From the human T2T-CHM13v2.0 reference genome, Homo sapiens: a stretch of 64,000 nucleotides of DNA. Below the pieces are notes generated by a model that was not told where the DNA came from, made no database searches, and was given only the letters and a program-made list of their open reading frames with translations. The position numbers and the translations under genes were made by a program. Location: assembly GCF_009914755.1 (NCBI RefSeq), contig NC_060936.1, one strand, 5' to 3'. Below are positions 42,255 through 56,049 of the stretch, one piece after another; the stretch's first letter is position 1; each line of letters opens with the position of its first letter.

Positions 42255-44025
42255 ATTAAATTTAATTTTTTAAAATACATACTCTTCTCATCTTCACTCT
42301 TCACCTTCACCTTCACCGCACTGAATGTGCGGAAAGACTCCAGGGAGGAACAGAAGATCCCCAACCCCTCTATTCTAGGGATTTCATATGTAAAGCCTGA
42401 GACGGTGAGGATGAAGAATAAAAAATTGTTTATGAAGGGGAAGAAGGCATCTGTTGCTACCTTAACCGTCAGATACTATCATCCCCAGCCCCTTTTTGCT
42501 TCCTTAGAAAGAGCCCCTGGGAATCAATTTGACTATAGAACAAGCCCTTCCTCTAGAGGGGCACTCAAACCCCAACATGGAATTGGAAGCTCTGGGGTTA
42601 ACTGAGGAAGAAGGGGAGAATTGATAGCACCTCAGCCAGCAGGGGAGGGGGTCTGCCCTTCATTAATCTGTAATCAGCCAGCTGGACAGACGGCAGCCTG
42701 TGTTTCAATTGCTCCCATGTGAACAATGACTTTTTCCTTTTATGTGTTCTGCTCCCCACTATTTCATAGAGAGCCTCCCTCACCTCCACTGGAGACACTA
42801 GGTTTCTTGATCTTTTCTTCAAAGAGAAGGGAGGGGAGAGGAGGTTGTAGGTGGGGCAAAGCCCATCTCATCTCTTCATCTAAGTCAGAGCATTTGCTCT
42901 CCTAAAAGGAACCTAGAAGGGAAGTTCTCCAAGTTCTTGCTCAGATAGGAGCAGATTTCTCTCCCCCAGCACAGGTACAAGACAGTAGCAGAATACACTG
43001 GTCTTGATGAGTGATGCCATCAGTACTGAGTAGCAGAGAGAAAGATTTCAGGAGGCAGGGAGGTAGGGCACATCTGGCGCTGGTCTCACCCTGATGCAGA
43101 AGCCTAGCCCTGCACTGTTCTCCTCTTCAGATGAGTATGAGGATCACCACAGTCCTGTTCACTGTAGCTGAATGTGCGGAAAGACCAGGCACCCATGAGC
43201 CAAGGGGTCTTCCCTCAGTCTTGGTGTGCAGGCGGCACACTACTTGAGCCCTAGATATTTTTAAATTCCTTTCGGTTGTGTGGGCTGCATTCTTTAGGAC
43301 ATTGGCTAGGACTAAATGACTGAGGATGAAACCAAATATGCCTATATTGCAAGGATTCTCTTGATTTTTTTTAAAAAAGGCCTTTGAATAACACAGAACT
43401 ATGTTCAGTTCTAGAATTACTTGTTTTGTTGTTTCTATTTCTCTGGTGAGAATTTTTACCCTTTCATTCATTATGAGCATACTTTTAGTTTATTAAGTAT
43501 AGTAATAATACCTGATTTAAAGTACTTGGCTACATCCAAAACCTGGATTTTCTCTTGAAAATTAGTCACATTTTCTTGGATATTTGTATATTGACTAATT
43601 TTGGACTATTTCTTGAATATTGTGAGTATTATGTTATAAAGGCTGTAATATTTATGTTTCAGGATTAAACTAATATTTTTGTCTTAGCAAGAAATTCACT
43701 TGGTTGGATGGAACCTACACATGCTTTCTCGTGGGTGGCAGCTTGAACCTTAGGACAATTCTTTTAGCTTTGGCTGGGCTACCTGCAGCCTGACCTCCCC
43801 ATGCATGGCTCAGGAATCAGCCTGAGGTTTGGACAGACTTTAGGACCCCCTCCTTTTCAGGATTACCTACTCACTTTCCATTAGCAGTGGTTGCCAAGAT
43901 TCTCTCATCTTTTGCCTCAGGCCAGAAAGACTGAGATTTTGTCAGAGTTTCAGCTATCTCACACTGACTGAAGCATCTGCCCTCTGGCTATAAGCTGATG
44001 TAGAAGATGGATGGATGGATGGATG

Positions 44026-44100
44026 GATGGATGCATGGATGGACGGACGGACGGACAGACACACACACAGACAGAGAGACAGACAGATAGATAGATAGAC
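44026..44100. repeat. Compound microsatellite (GATG)n(GACG)n(CA)n(GACA)n(GATA)n
   Basis: Read directly from the sequence. Confidence 0.95.
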
Positions 44101-45165
44101 ATAAAAATAACTCATTCTGTGCCAATTCTGTCAAGTGTCAACTGCCCTCCAAAATCTCTCTGCTTTGTTCATGATTCAGTCTTTAGTCAGTTGTTTATTT
44201 GGTAATTTGTCCAGAGTATATGGTTATTTGCTGGAGAAACAGTCAGAGAGGAACTTGCATGGCCATAACTGAAGCAGAACTTGCAGAAGCATAATTCAAA
44301 AGAAAGAAAAGAGTAATGGATAAGGGAAGGAGCTAGTATTTGTTAAGCTCCATGTATAGGCAGCACATTAAATACCTTTTCTGTTCTTTTTCTGTTTTCT
44401 TGTGTTTTATCCTTCTTGCCCAAACAATGAAATGCTCTTATGAACTTTATGCTAGCCTCACAATTCCACGTGGACCACTGGCAATATAGCATGGTTCATA
44501 TTTTGTGTTTGATCCCAGAAGTACATTGCTCAATGTTAGAAACCTGCCCATGTGTCTGGAATAACTGCCTTGATACATTCTCCTAGAATTTTCCTAGGAG
44601 GCCACAGCCTCACTCCCTCGTATTTTTTCAAAACATGTAATTTCACCACATAGCTGAAACCAAGAACTTCCCTAGAACTTAAGTGTCAAAATGACTTTCA
44701 TTCATTAATTGACTCCTTCACAAGATGTTTATTTTGTTTATTACATGACATAGTCCAATAAAGGGATGTTTTAAAAGTTCATTCTCAATGCCTATCTCAT
44801 ATTACAGAAATCTGCCTAGGATCAACCACATGAAAAGCACTTAGCATATGCCAGGTACTGATCCTAGAGCTGGAAGTGCAGCTGGAAATAACATGCAGTT
44901 CCCGACCTTAGAGTACTTATGGTCTAGTATGATAAGAATATTAGGAACACAATTTAGTCTATTCAATGTTAAGACAGAATTAAATTTGTTTATGCCAGAC
45001 ATTCTTTATAAGTACTAGGGCCTGTAAAAACTGGATTTCTGAAAAATAAAATAACAAGAAAAAGTCAGTACATTTTTCAGTCTATAAAACCTCTTGGAGA
45101 GTAGTGATGTGTATTGTGTGCTTTGGTTGCTGAAAATATGTGAGAAACAAAAATCAATAAGTTAA

Positions 45166-45412
45166 ACTGTTGGTGGAAATGTAAATTAGTTCAGCCATTA
45201 TGGAAAACAGTATGGAGGTTCCTCAAAAACCTAAAAATAGAACTACCATATGATCCAGCAATCCCACGACTGGGTATCTATCCAAAGGAAAGGAAATCAG
45301 TATGTTGACGATTTCTCTGCACTCCCATGTCTATTGCAGTACTCTTCACAGGAGGCAAGATACAGAATCAACTTAAGTGTCCAGCAGAGGGTGAATGGAT
45401 AAAGAAAATATG

Positions 45413-45450
<38 letters not shown>

Positions 45451-45954
45451 GTGTGTGTGGAATATCATTCAGCCTTAAAATAAAAAGGTAATTCTGTCAT
45501 TTGCAACCACATAGATGAACCTGAAGGACATTATATCAAGTGAAATAACCCAAGCACTAGAAGATAAATACCACGTTTTTACTCACAATGCTAAAAAAAA
45601 CTTGCAAGTTGCTCTAGCAGATGTCGTTACTAGAGCCAAGGAAGGGAGAGAGAGGGGGACAGCCAAAGGCTTGTTAAGGGATGCAAAAGTATACCTAGCC
45701 AGGAGGAATACGTTCTAATGCTCTATAGTACTATAGGGGGACTATATTGACACTTTATCGTGTATTTTCAAATAACTAGAAGAGTGGATTTTGAATGTTC
45801 CCAACACAAAGAAATGATAAATGTTTGATGTGGTTGATATGTTAATCACCCTGATTTGCTCATTACACAATGTATATATGTATCAAAATATCACAGGTAC
45901 CCCATAAAGATGTAAAGTTGTTATGTGTCAATTAAAAATAAGAATAATAAAACC
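45166..45954 (+). mobile_element. L1MA 3' fragment containing (TG)n(TA)n at 45414-45459
   Basis: L1 ORF2 end and 3'UTR. TSD aaaatcaataa(g/a)tt at 45150-45163 and 45955-45968. Confidence 0.88.
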
Positions 45955-47241
45955 AAAATCAATAAATTGAGTAATTTGTTAGAGGCAAATGCCCATATAT
46001 CGTCAATTTAATCAGCCATTCCTTCACTGATGTAACAGAAACTTAACAGTCATGTGTTATGTGTTATATGACAGACTCAGTGTTAGGACAGTAAGTTAAG
46101 AGATGAAGACAAATGAACATGTGGAACAATAATGAGACTGATTTTTTGTACTGGTGACCATGGGCAAGTGACTTAATCTTTCTGAGCCTCAGTTTCCTCA
46201 GCTACAAAGTGAGATTAAAAGTAACGATACGTATCTCATGAGGTTATTTTCAACATTAAATGAGATGTTTTTATATATGGAGCGCCTGGCATAGTGCCTG
46301 GATCCCTGTAGATTCTTAACAAGTTTCAGCAATTTTTCCACCCTGCTATTATAGAAAAGAAATTTGAGGCTCAGTGCAGTGAATAACTTACTCACCCGGG
46401 ACACTACATACCTAGAAGATAAATTAAACCCAAGCACATGGTACAAAGTACATGAGTCTTGTTTGAGACCAGAAAGAAAGATTAATTCTGCCTATGGAGT
46501 CTGAGACAGAATCAGGGAGGAATATTTAAACCAATTCCATGGATGACTTTTCAGGTATTGTCCATAAATACATATTTGGAGACTTGGAGCAAAGTTTTTA
46601 AAAAGTCCATCAACCGCTGATCCCCTAGACACCAGCAGATCCTCCATCTGGTCTCTTCCTCACTAGCATAGCTTCCTTCATCTTTAAGAGATTATGCTGG
46701 TTAATCTTTAATGACAAGGATCAACACCAGTTTCTCAATCCTGACCTTTTTATAATTTTCAGAGCTAGCAGATGAGAGGAAATAGACGAAATAACTGCCT
46801 TGATATATTCTGCTAGCATCACTCCCTCTAAAGTAAAAAGAGTACTTCTTTAAACCATGTAACTTTGCCAGCACAGTTGAAACCAAGAACTTCTCTAGAA
46901 CTTGAGTGTCAAAATGACTCATTCATTATTTACTCCTCCACAGGATGTTTATTTTGTTTATTACATGACACTGTCCACAAACTGGAAGCAGATTTTCAGT
47001 GGAAAAAAATCCTCAAAGTAAAACCCTGAGAAGATTATTAATCCTAAGAAGGATAATCTCTTTCTGATTTTCTTTGTGTAACTAAAATACCTATGTAACT
47101 CTATTTTAAGAAATAAGGCTTACCATAAACATAACTAATGTTTATGATACACAACAATATGTAAAAATTATCTTAGCATAACTTTATTGCCAATTATCTG
47201 AATATAACCTCCATCTCTTTTTATTCTGTTTCATTCAACAG

Positions 47242-47515
47242 AATGCTACAGCTTTCCATGTAACTGTCCAAGATGATAATAACATCGTTGTCTCATTAGA
47301 AGCTTCAGACGTCATCAGTCCAGCATCTGTGTATGTTGTGAAGATAACTGGTGAATCCAAAAATTATTTCTTCGAATTTGAGGAATTCAACAGCACTTTG
47401 CCTCCTCCTGTTATTTTCAAGGCCAGTTATCATGGCCTTTATTATATAATCACTCTGGTAGTGGTAAATGGAAATGTGGTGACCAAGCCATCCAGATCAA
47501 TCACTGTGTTAACAA
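47242..47515 (+). CDS. PTPRO: PTPRO coding exon 2 (274 nt, phase 0 to 1), N-terminal extracellular region
   Basis: Acceptor ttattctgtttcattcaacAG ends at 47241 and donor GTAAG starts at 47516. It translates [91 protein letters not shown], which matches human PTPRO right after the signal peptide as recalled. Partly captured by ORF 47329..47532. Confidence 0.97.
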
Positions 47516-49039
47516 GTAAGCATCATGTGTAATATTGTCCCGTTTCTTCTTATTGTTCCCCTGTTTCTTCCCGTAGGGCTCGAATTGACAGACTCCACCC
47601 AGAATGGCAAAATCACTTGCCTTAATGCCAAGTGACGTAGATTCAAAGTTATGAGCTATATTAAGAATACAGCTGAAGTTTGATGTTTACTCTTTACCTT
47701 GTGATAACAAAAATATTTTTAAACCCAAAAAAGTAAACCTCAATGATGTAGTATATTTTGAGACTGAGTAACAATTTCAAATTCATGATTGGACCATGTA
47801 ATTTTCTGCTATGTTGCTTAATAATGTCATCATAACTTGTTTAGTTTTTTCCAGAGCATGTATTCTCATGTTAAGCAATTCAGTTTGGGGACAATGAACT
47901 GATACTCCTATTTAACCTGCTCAAATTCAGGTATAGGTCTTTGGCTGAGAGAGAGAAAAAGATATATTTATTTATCAATTGTTATTCCCCACCTCATCTT
48001 CAAAATAGCTTTGCCTTCTACTTCTTAAGAAAAAATGCCAAGAAAAAAAATTACTGGCATTTTAACCTTCATTAGTCCATGTCATAAAGAGTTAAGGCTG
48101 ACATTGGGAAATTTTTAGGAATACTTTTAACTCCATGTGATTTTTTTTCACTTTACTCACTGACTTTAATATCTAATCTCAAATTAAGATGTGACTCTAC
48201 TGTCTATGTTGACATGTGGAAGAAAAACTGATATCTGTAAGACAGTAGAGTTTATCACTAGCACAATATAATGGCTCAGCAAAGTCCCTTTTGCTTGTGT
48301 TCTTTAGTGTAAGTTTTGCAACAGCTGCAATTTGTTAAATGCCATCTATGTGTGATTGTTCTGGTGATAAATACGTGGAAAGACAGTGATATTATCTGTT
48401 GGGATAAAAGGAAGCAGAAACTACAAGAAGCAAAAACTCAGAACCAAGCTAGAGGACATATTTTTAACACATCTCTCAAAAATTAATTAAAGTCTCCATT
48501 GGCACAATCCCAGGATCAGTAGTGAGTCCTAAAAATTAGGAATGGCATAGACCCAAGACCTTCAAAGTTTATAGACATAATGAACAGATCTACTAGTTGA
48601 ATTAAAGGGAGAACTTACCTGGTAAAATACTGTCTTAAACAAGCTCTAGAAAAAGATGAATTGCAAGTCAGATTTAGGCAGCAGATATAGGCACATAACG
48701 CCTACAATACAAACTCCTTAATATCAAAAGCTCTGTCTTACTTATCTTCATAATTTCATAAACACCTAGCCCAAGCCTTATGCTTGCTTAATAGATGATC
48801 CATAAATATTAGTACAATTTAGTTGAGCAAGTAATAGGAGAGACCCGGGGGGAAAAATTAAGGCACAAAGAAAAATAGATTTAGGACTGTAATGACGGTC
48901 GCTGATCCAACATTTATGAGCATGCACTCAGCCATTCCTCATCAGTTGCAGCTGAATGATTCAGCCCTTTAGCTAACTGTTCATGAAGAAATTTGATAGG
49001 TAAGCAATGCTAAAAAATTTCTAGAATATCACTTAGCAT

Positions 49040-49790
49040 TTGCAATGAGTTCCATTCAAAATATATTCTATTTTCCTTTGTGATGTTTTTCTTTGACCTG
49101 TAGGGCTTACAAGTGTGTTGAATATCCAAAAATTTGGAAATTTTGCAGACATCTTTTTTCACTGATTCCTTGAGGAAGTGTTGTTGTGATCAGAGAACAT
49201 ATTTTATATGATTTCTTTTACTTGAAAATTGTTGAGATTTGTTTTATGGGTCCAAATATGGTCTTTCTTGCTGTGTATTCTGTGAGCACTTCCAGGGTGA
49301 AGTTTCAATAAGTACCGACCAGGTCACGTTGATTGTTCAAGTCTTCTATGTCCTTACTGATTTTCTGTCTATTTGTTCTAATAATGACTGATAGAGGAAT
49401 CTGAAAGTCTCCACTTGTAACTGTAAATTTGTCTATTTCTCCTTTCACTTATTTTGGTTTATGCTTTACATATTTTGAAGCTCTGTTGTTATTAGGTGCA
49501 AAAGCTTTCAAGATTGCTATGTCTTCTTGATAAACTGACCCTTTTGACTATATGTAATGTCCCTCTATATTCCAAGCAATATGCCTTGTGTTAATTTCCC
49601 TTTTGCCTGATATTAAAATAGCCATAGTTTTCTTTTTTAAGTGTTTGTGTGGCATACCTAATCCACCCTTTTGCTTTCAGCCTACTTCTGTCTTTACGTG
49701 TAAAAGGGTTTCCTGCAGACAGCATAGAGTTGAGTCTTGCTTTTTTTTTCCAATCTAAAAATCTTTGTCTTTTAACTGGAGTATTTAGGA
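49040..49790 (-). mobile_element. Ancient L1M ORF2 5' (endonuclease) fragment
   Basis: ORF 49591..49854 resembles degraded L1 EN sequence (LNTPVKRQR..DW.KK, RLKAKGW...Y). Confidence 0.75.
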
Positions 49791-50070
49791 CAGCACTATC
49801 CAATAAAAAGAGAATGTTAACCTTATATGTAATAGTAGATTTTCTGGTAGACACATTAAAATGCTTTTTAAAAAGGTGAAATTAATTTTAATATCATGGT
49901 TTACTTAATCCATTATATTCAAAATATTATTTCAACATATAATCAATATACATATTTACACATTTTTTACTTTCATACATAAATTTAAATAGAAATAAAG
50001 TTGCACTAGCCTAATTTTAATCGCTCAATAGCCATATGTAGCTAGTTGCTACCAATTTAAATAGTGCAGG
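49790..50070. mobile_element. MER33-like hAT-Charlie element
   Basis: Starts cagcactatccaata and ends ctcaatagccatatgtagctagttgctacc.atttaaatagtgcag. Confidence 0.75.
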
Positions 50071-50994
50071 TTTAGACAATATATATGTAATTATTAATAT
50101 TTATTATTATAATATAATACAATTATTTCTATGGTTGAATTTGAATTTACCATATTGTTAGGCTGTCAGGTAGAACAGGGAGTGAGTCGATCTAGTCAAT
50201 AGTTGAGCTGGGTTTAAGGTATTAGACACCTTTCGTTCATCACAGATTTCCAGTTCTTCCCATGATAGGCTGCCAGGAGTGGTAGTGGGTATTTCTCAGT
50301 GTTTCAGTTTCACCCTCAGTATGCAGCAAGCCCTGAACACCGGCACCACAGAAGAGCTCCCCCAGCAATAGACTGCTGTTGCTTTTCACTCATTGCTAAC
50401 TTTTTGGTGGGGACAGAGGATGTTCTTCGTTCTCGTGGTCCAGCCTCAGGCTTAGGCAGACCCTGTGATGTTAGATGGGACATTCTTGACATTTTTACCC
50501 CTCAAACTACACCGACACTGAAATTCTACATTAAATCCATGGGTCAGAGAGATTCCTGCCTCTTCTCCAGTGGTAGCAGAACCACTGATACTCTACTTTG
50601 TATTAGTGCAGGACTCTGGTCCCAAAAGAGTTTCTGCTCCTCTCCCAGGAACAGGCGTCTTTTGTTTCTATTCATCCTTCAAAAGAAGGGATATTTTCCT
50701 GAGAACTAGAAAGGAAAGATTTTTCTGCCCCTCCACAATACATTAAGGCTTCTCCTTTGTATTCAGGAAAGGTCCAGGGAAGTAAGTTTTCTTGCTGTCC
50801 TCTTAGTGGTTTCAATTATCATCTGCACACCTGTCACCCCCATACCCCCATCCCCAGCCCCCCAGAGGGAGGCTCTCTCTAGTCCCCTATCCTGCCTCTG
50901 GTAGTCCTCATGAGCATGGGGTAGAGGCCCAAGGGGAAAGCTAGAGAGAGACAGTAGACTCTGTTTGTGTCTGTGTCTCCCAGTTAGTCTAGAC

Positions 50995-51150
50995 CAGTGG
51001 TGACCTAGAACTTTGGGATGATGGAAATGTTCTATGTCCATATTGTCCAACATAGTAGCCACTAATTTTTAATTTTAATTAGTTTTAGTTCATTTAAAAT
51101 TTGATTTAAATAGCTCTATGTAGCTAATAGCTACCATATTGGACAGAGCA
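50995..51150. mobile_element. MER3-like hAT-Charlie element
   Basis: agaactttgggatgatggaaatgttctat...tagctaatagctaccatattggacag. Confidence 0.8.
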
Positions 51151-52485
51151 ATTCTTTGCATCCATTTAGACCATACTCAGCCTTTATGAATCCATTAAAC
51201 TCGGAGCTGCTTTCTTCTTATCTGCTTCGATGTTGTATCCTCTTCCTGCTGTGCTTTGCCAAAGGTGAAATAGTGTGTCGCCTCTCTCCAGAGGGGCTGG
51301 TCACTCCTTCGAATTCACATCACTTGGTTCACTTGTTACCTCACCTCTCCTGTAACCTCAAGAATAGTTATGATTTCGTGAATTATGTGGCTTTTCCTTG
51401 TTGAGGTGGAGAAGAAGTGATGTTGTCCTGGGGCTTTCTACATCTTAAGGGGAAGAGAAAACACGTATTGATTTCCAAAGAGTAAAATTAATTCATGATG
51501 GTCTATTAAATATTATCTTGTACCTCATTTTTAAAGGTTCAATTACATTATCCCAAATTTGAGGGGCAATAATAGGTTGGGAATATCAGAAGTGGGAATT
51601 AGTGCACAAATATTTCTGTGACATTAGGCATGAGCTGGCATTTGGTGACATTTGGGTTTCAGCTTCCACCTTCATAAAAGAGGGAATTGAAGTACATGAT
51701 GACTAAGATAAATTTTGAGCTCTGAAACTAACATTATCTGTCAGTTAATGATGTGTTTTTGCCATCTTTATTTTTCTAACTGAAAGCTTTTTAAACAAGT
51801 TTGGAAAACATTTGTAGTATCTGCTCACAGAGTTGACATATTTCTCCTGAGAATAAAAGAGTACCTTTATAGCAGTCATTTATTGTGTGTTAGATGCTTG
51901 TCTTGATGAAATAAGCAATGACAAAGCAATTGGCCCCAGGGCAGTCCTTTGATATTTCACTATAGTTGTTCTGAGTCTGTCACTCTTAGAGAAAGCTGAA
52001 AAACATGGCAAAGAATAAATTTGGCACAGCAGAGTCATTTGGCCAGTTCAAAAGAATTTCACAACCCTTAGGCTGTGACATGTCATTAATATTTAATTGA
52101 TTGAGAACCTTCAGTATATTGCCTGCCCTTCAGAGGGAAGGGGTAGTTTCTCAGCACGTAAAAGGATGCCTGGAATCAGTTCCTTGGAAATTGAGGAAAT
52201 GTCACATACACACAGCTGTGTCATGTGTCAGTGAAGTTCTACAGATAGTGGCTGTACACATTAAAGAATACACATAGAGACACTCTACAAATATAATATT
52301 CTATACAGTCCTATTCTAAATAAAAATAATTCATGAATTTTTATTTTAGTTATCAGGTACATTCTCTGTGCCATGTCCTAGGTACCAAAGAAATAAAGAT
52401 AGATAAAAATACTCATAATCAAAGATGTTATACTATAGTGGAAGAGACAAATAAAAACCATTACAAATAATATGATAACTGCTAT

Positions 52486-53043
52486 TGTAACCAGAAAGGG
52501 GTCACAATCCAGACCCCCAAGAGGGTGCTTGGATCTCACGCAAGAAAGAATTCAGGGCGAGTGCACACCGCAAAGCAAAAGCAAGTTCATTAAGAAAGTA
52601 AAGGAATGAAAGAATGGCTACTCCATAAGCAGAGCAGCCCAAGGACTGCTGGTTGCCCATTTTTATGTTTATCTATTGATTACATCCTTAACAAGGGGGT
52701 GGATTATTCATGAGTTTTCCAAAAAGGGTGGACAGTTCCCGGAACTGAGGGTTTATGCCCCTTTTAGACCATATAGAGTAACTTCCTGACATTGCCATGG
52801 CATTTGTAAACTGTCATGGCACTGGTGGGTGTCTCTTAGCATGCTAATGTATTATAATTAGTGTATAGTGAGCCAGTGAGGACAACCAGAGGTCAGTCTC
52901 ATAGCCATCTTGGTTTTGGTGGGGTTTGGCCAGCTTCTTTACTGAAGCCTGTTTTATCACCAAGGTCCACCCCAGTAGGTCTCAGCCTTATTTTACCCAG
53001 TCCCTATTCATGATGGGGTTGCCCTGTTCAAATGCCTCTGACA
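52486..53043 (-). mobile_element. MER41B-like ERV1 solo LTR
   Basis: tgtaaccagaaaggggtc..atccagaccccc...ttcaaatgcctctgaca, with TG..CA termini and a 4 bp TSD ctat/ctgt. Confidence 0.9.
52736..52744. promoter_or_regulatory. GAS (STAT1) motif TTCCCGGAA inside MER41B
   Basis: Exact TTCNNNGAA at the position of the tandem GAS sites known in MER41B. The partner site at 52717-52725 has decayed to TTCCAAAAA. Function is untested. Confidence 0.5.
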
Positions 53044-53552
53044 CTGTGAAAGAATTATGTGAAAGAGACTGCCTTGCCTTCCTAGGGAGCACTGGGAAGG
53101 CAGCACAGAAGAAACAATCATTGAAAAATAAAGGAAAATTTGCCACAAGAATGAAGAAAGGAAAGTGTTACAGAGTCAAATGGAATCGTATATGCAAATA
53201 ATGGAGGCATACATAGCATGGCACACTTGATGACTGCAGAAAGTTAAGATGGCAAGTGTTAGCTGTTGCAGAAAATAACAAGAAAGGTGGCTAGAAATGT
53301 TGAAGAACTTTAAGTACCTTGCAGAGGAATTTAGACTTTAACCTATAAGTGATGAGGGAGAAATTACATAATAGGATTTGAATGGAGAAAGCTCTCTCTT
53401 GTAGCAAAGCTGCAAGCCAAGAGATCCTGAATCCTGCATTGGAATAGAAAAATTATCAAGCAAGTATTTGGGGTAGTAGTTCAATCATATGTATAGCCTT
53501 AGGCAGATGATTACTTTCTCTAAATCTTAGTTTTCAAATCTACAATTCATTC

Positions 53553-53885
53553 TAGGGGTTAGCAAACTTTTTCTATGAAGGCTTAGATAATAAGTGTGTT
53601 ATGCTTTGAGGGCCATACAGACTATATTGCAACTACACAACTCTGCCGTTGTAAACAACAGCAGCCACACACAATACATAAACAAATGATAATGGCTATA
53701 TTATAATTAAACTTTATAGACACCAAAATTTTATTTTTTTATACAATTTTCACGTGCCATGAAATACTATTCTTTTGTTTAGGCACAACATCTAAAAATG
53801 TAAAAGCCTTTCTTAGCTCAAAAGTCAAACAAAAACAGGTGGCAGGGCAGATTTGGCCTTGTGGACTGTAGTTTGCTCACTTGAT
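53553..53885. mobile_element. MER58-like hAT-Charlie element
   Basis: Termini aggggttagcaaactt and tagtttgctcac; internal caactctgccgttgta and aaaacaggtggcaggg.agatttggcc. Confidence 0.8.
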
Positions 53886-55208
53886 CTGTCGTATCATTAT
53901 AATATGTAATATTGGGATAATTAGAGTGCCTACTTGGTGGGGGCATTATAAAATAATATAAAGTAAGCGCCTTAACAAAGCATGCAGTATAGGATCAATC
54001 AAGATAAGAAGTATCAATGGCATTAAATAGAAAGTTACTCAAGGTGTCAGAAGTGAAGGAGATTGAGACAGATTGGGCAGGGAAATATCAGTGAGAAGGA
54101 GGTGACTGGTTTAGGACAAAGATTCTGACTAAAGTGAGAATATCAAGTACCGTACAGACATTGAAATTTTGAGCAGAAATGAATAAGAATATTAAGGTGA
54201 GAATGGAGGCAGGGAGAATAATTTAGAAAGTTGTTGAAATGTTCGAGGAAAGAAATGATGAGAACTTGAACTAAGGTACTGGATGTGATGGTCACCACCT
54301 CACTTGGACTGTGGGCAGCTGGTGTTGCCAGACCTACCTCGCTGGCCTGCTTTGATGTAGCTGAGATGCCAGGTCAGGTCTCAAATGATCATCTATGTAC
54401 CAAACAGCAGCTCTGGCCTCAGTCCAGTCTCTTTTCCCTGTGCCTGCCATCAGAAGTGAGGGTCTAATCCCAGATCCTCTCCCTCAAGAGAACTGTGCCA
54501 GAAGAGACACATTCTTCAGCTGGTCACATCAGAGGTTACTGAACATGAACACAATTGCTTCTTTAGTTTGTATTCTTTAGTCCAGCTAAACAGAGCAATC
54601 TCAGAAAGAAGCAACTCAGCAGTTAGCATTTAATAAGTAATACATAGCTACTTTTGTTTTCTTTAAACAATATGTGCTCCACATTTGTTTGTATTTCTTG
54701 TCTCTTCTCCGAGATAGTCACATCCAGAACTTTCAAAACTTTCCTATTCATGATCTCTCTTGAATGATTCAAAGATAATTAAGGGGCATAAAATATTGTT
54801 CAATTTGAACATGAGTTTTCATTATATGAGACACCTAATGAGGGAAAAAATGATCACACTAAATGTCATTTTTTATTAAAGAAAAAACTAGGAACTTATG
54901 CTAGGATTTCTTGTCAAAATATGCAGTCCATTCTTCTTGTCATCCACTTTTTGCTCCTACCACAAAGCAAAAAGAAAAGCAGAAGCACATTTCCAGACAC
55001 AAAGCCACAATAGTTCTCTAAGAACCAGAAACAAGATAAAAACTCAAAGCAGGGAAATGGGCTGAAGTAATGGGCCCTCTGTGCTCTGGGTCTGGAAAAG
55101 ACACTATTGAGTCTGGGCCCCAATATAGTCAGAAGGACTGAAATGCTCCACGCTAGACAGGGCACAGAGCCAGCCTCTCTGCTTACAGCAAAGATTCTTC
55201 CTGTTTGA

Positions 55209-55238
55209 CAAACAAACAAACAAACAAACAAACAAAAA
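55209..55238. repeat. (CAAA)n microsatellite
   Basis: Read directly from the sequence. Confidence 0.95.
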
Positions 55239-55701
55239 CATACATAAAGACCTGAGGATGCAGGAGACACATATTCATCTTACTACCGAGGTCCAAGGCT
55301 AGTTACTCTCTGACTCAGTGAATGAATCTATAGTGATAACCACTATATCATCCACAATATTAAGAATGGCAAAATAATGTCATATGTCTTGCTGTAGACT
55401 GGGTGCTTTGGTGGGCTGAGAGGATGCAATGGCTTAATTATTTTTAAAAGCAAGGCATAATAAGAGAGAAATGGGGAGATGAAAAAGCATCAAATGAGCC
55501 CAGAGCCTGTGTCTCAAAACACATGAAGAACTTATGCTAAAAAAGATAGATATCAAAACAACGATAACAGTTCAGATTATATTTTAAATAGCAATTTAAC
55601 AAAAATTTAATTATGTTTATAATGTTCAAGGACATAAATGTAAGAACCACCTCCAGTTTTTGAAACCAGGGAATTAGTGGGAAAAAAAATTGGCAGAAAT
55701 A

Positions 55702-55809
55702 GTGCAGTGCTGTGCCTACAGTTCCACCTAATCAGGAGGCTGAGGCAGGAGGATCCCTTGATTCCAGGAGTTCAAATCAAGGCTGGACAACATGATGTGA
55801 CCCTATCTC
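55702..55809 (+). mobile_element. Ancient Alu monomer (FLAM_A/FRAM-like)
   Basis: Single 7SL-derived arm. 20 bp TSD aaaaaaaatt(g/t)gcagaaata at 55682-55701 and 55810-55829. Confidence 0.85.
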
Positions 55810-56049
55810 AAAAAAAATTTGCAGAAATAAAATAAAAACATATAGAATAAACATGAATAAATTAAAATTTTTATAAATGAAAACATAATTATTTAAATTA
55901 ATTTAAAATTTAATGCATCAAACTAGGTAAAATTAATTTGATTGATTAAATTTAAAGTTTACTAATTGAAAAGCTTCAGTAGATAGGACAAATTCTATAC
56001 TGATAAAAGTTATAAAGAGCTAGTAAATTGGAAGATAATACCATGCAAT

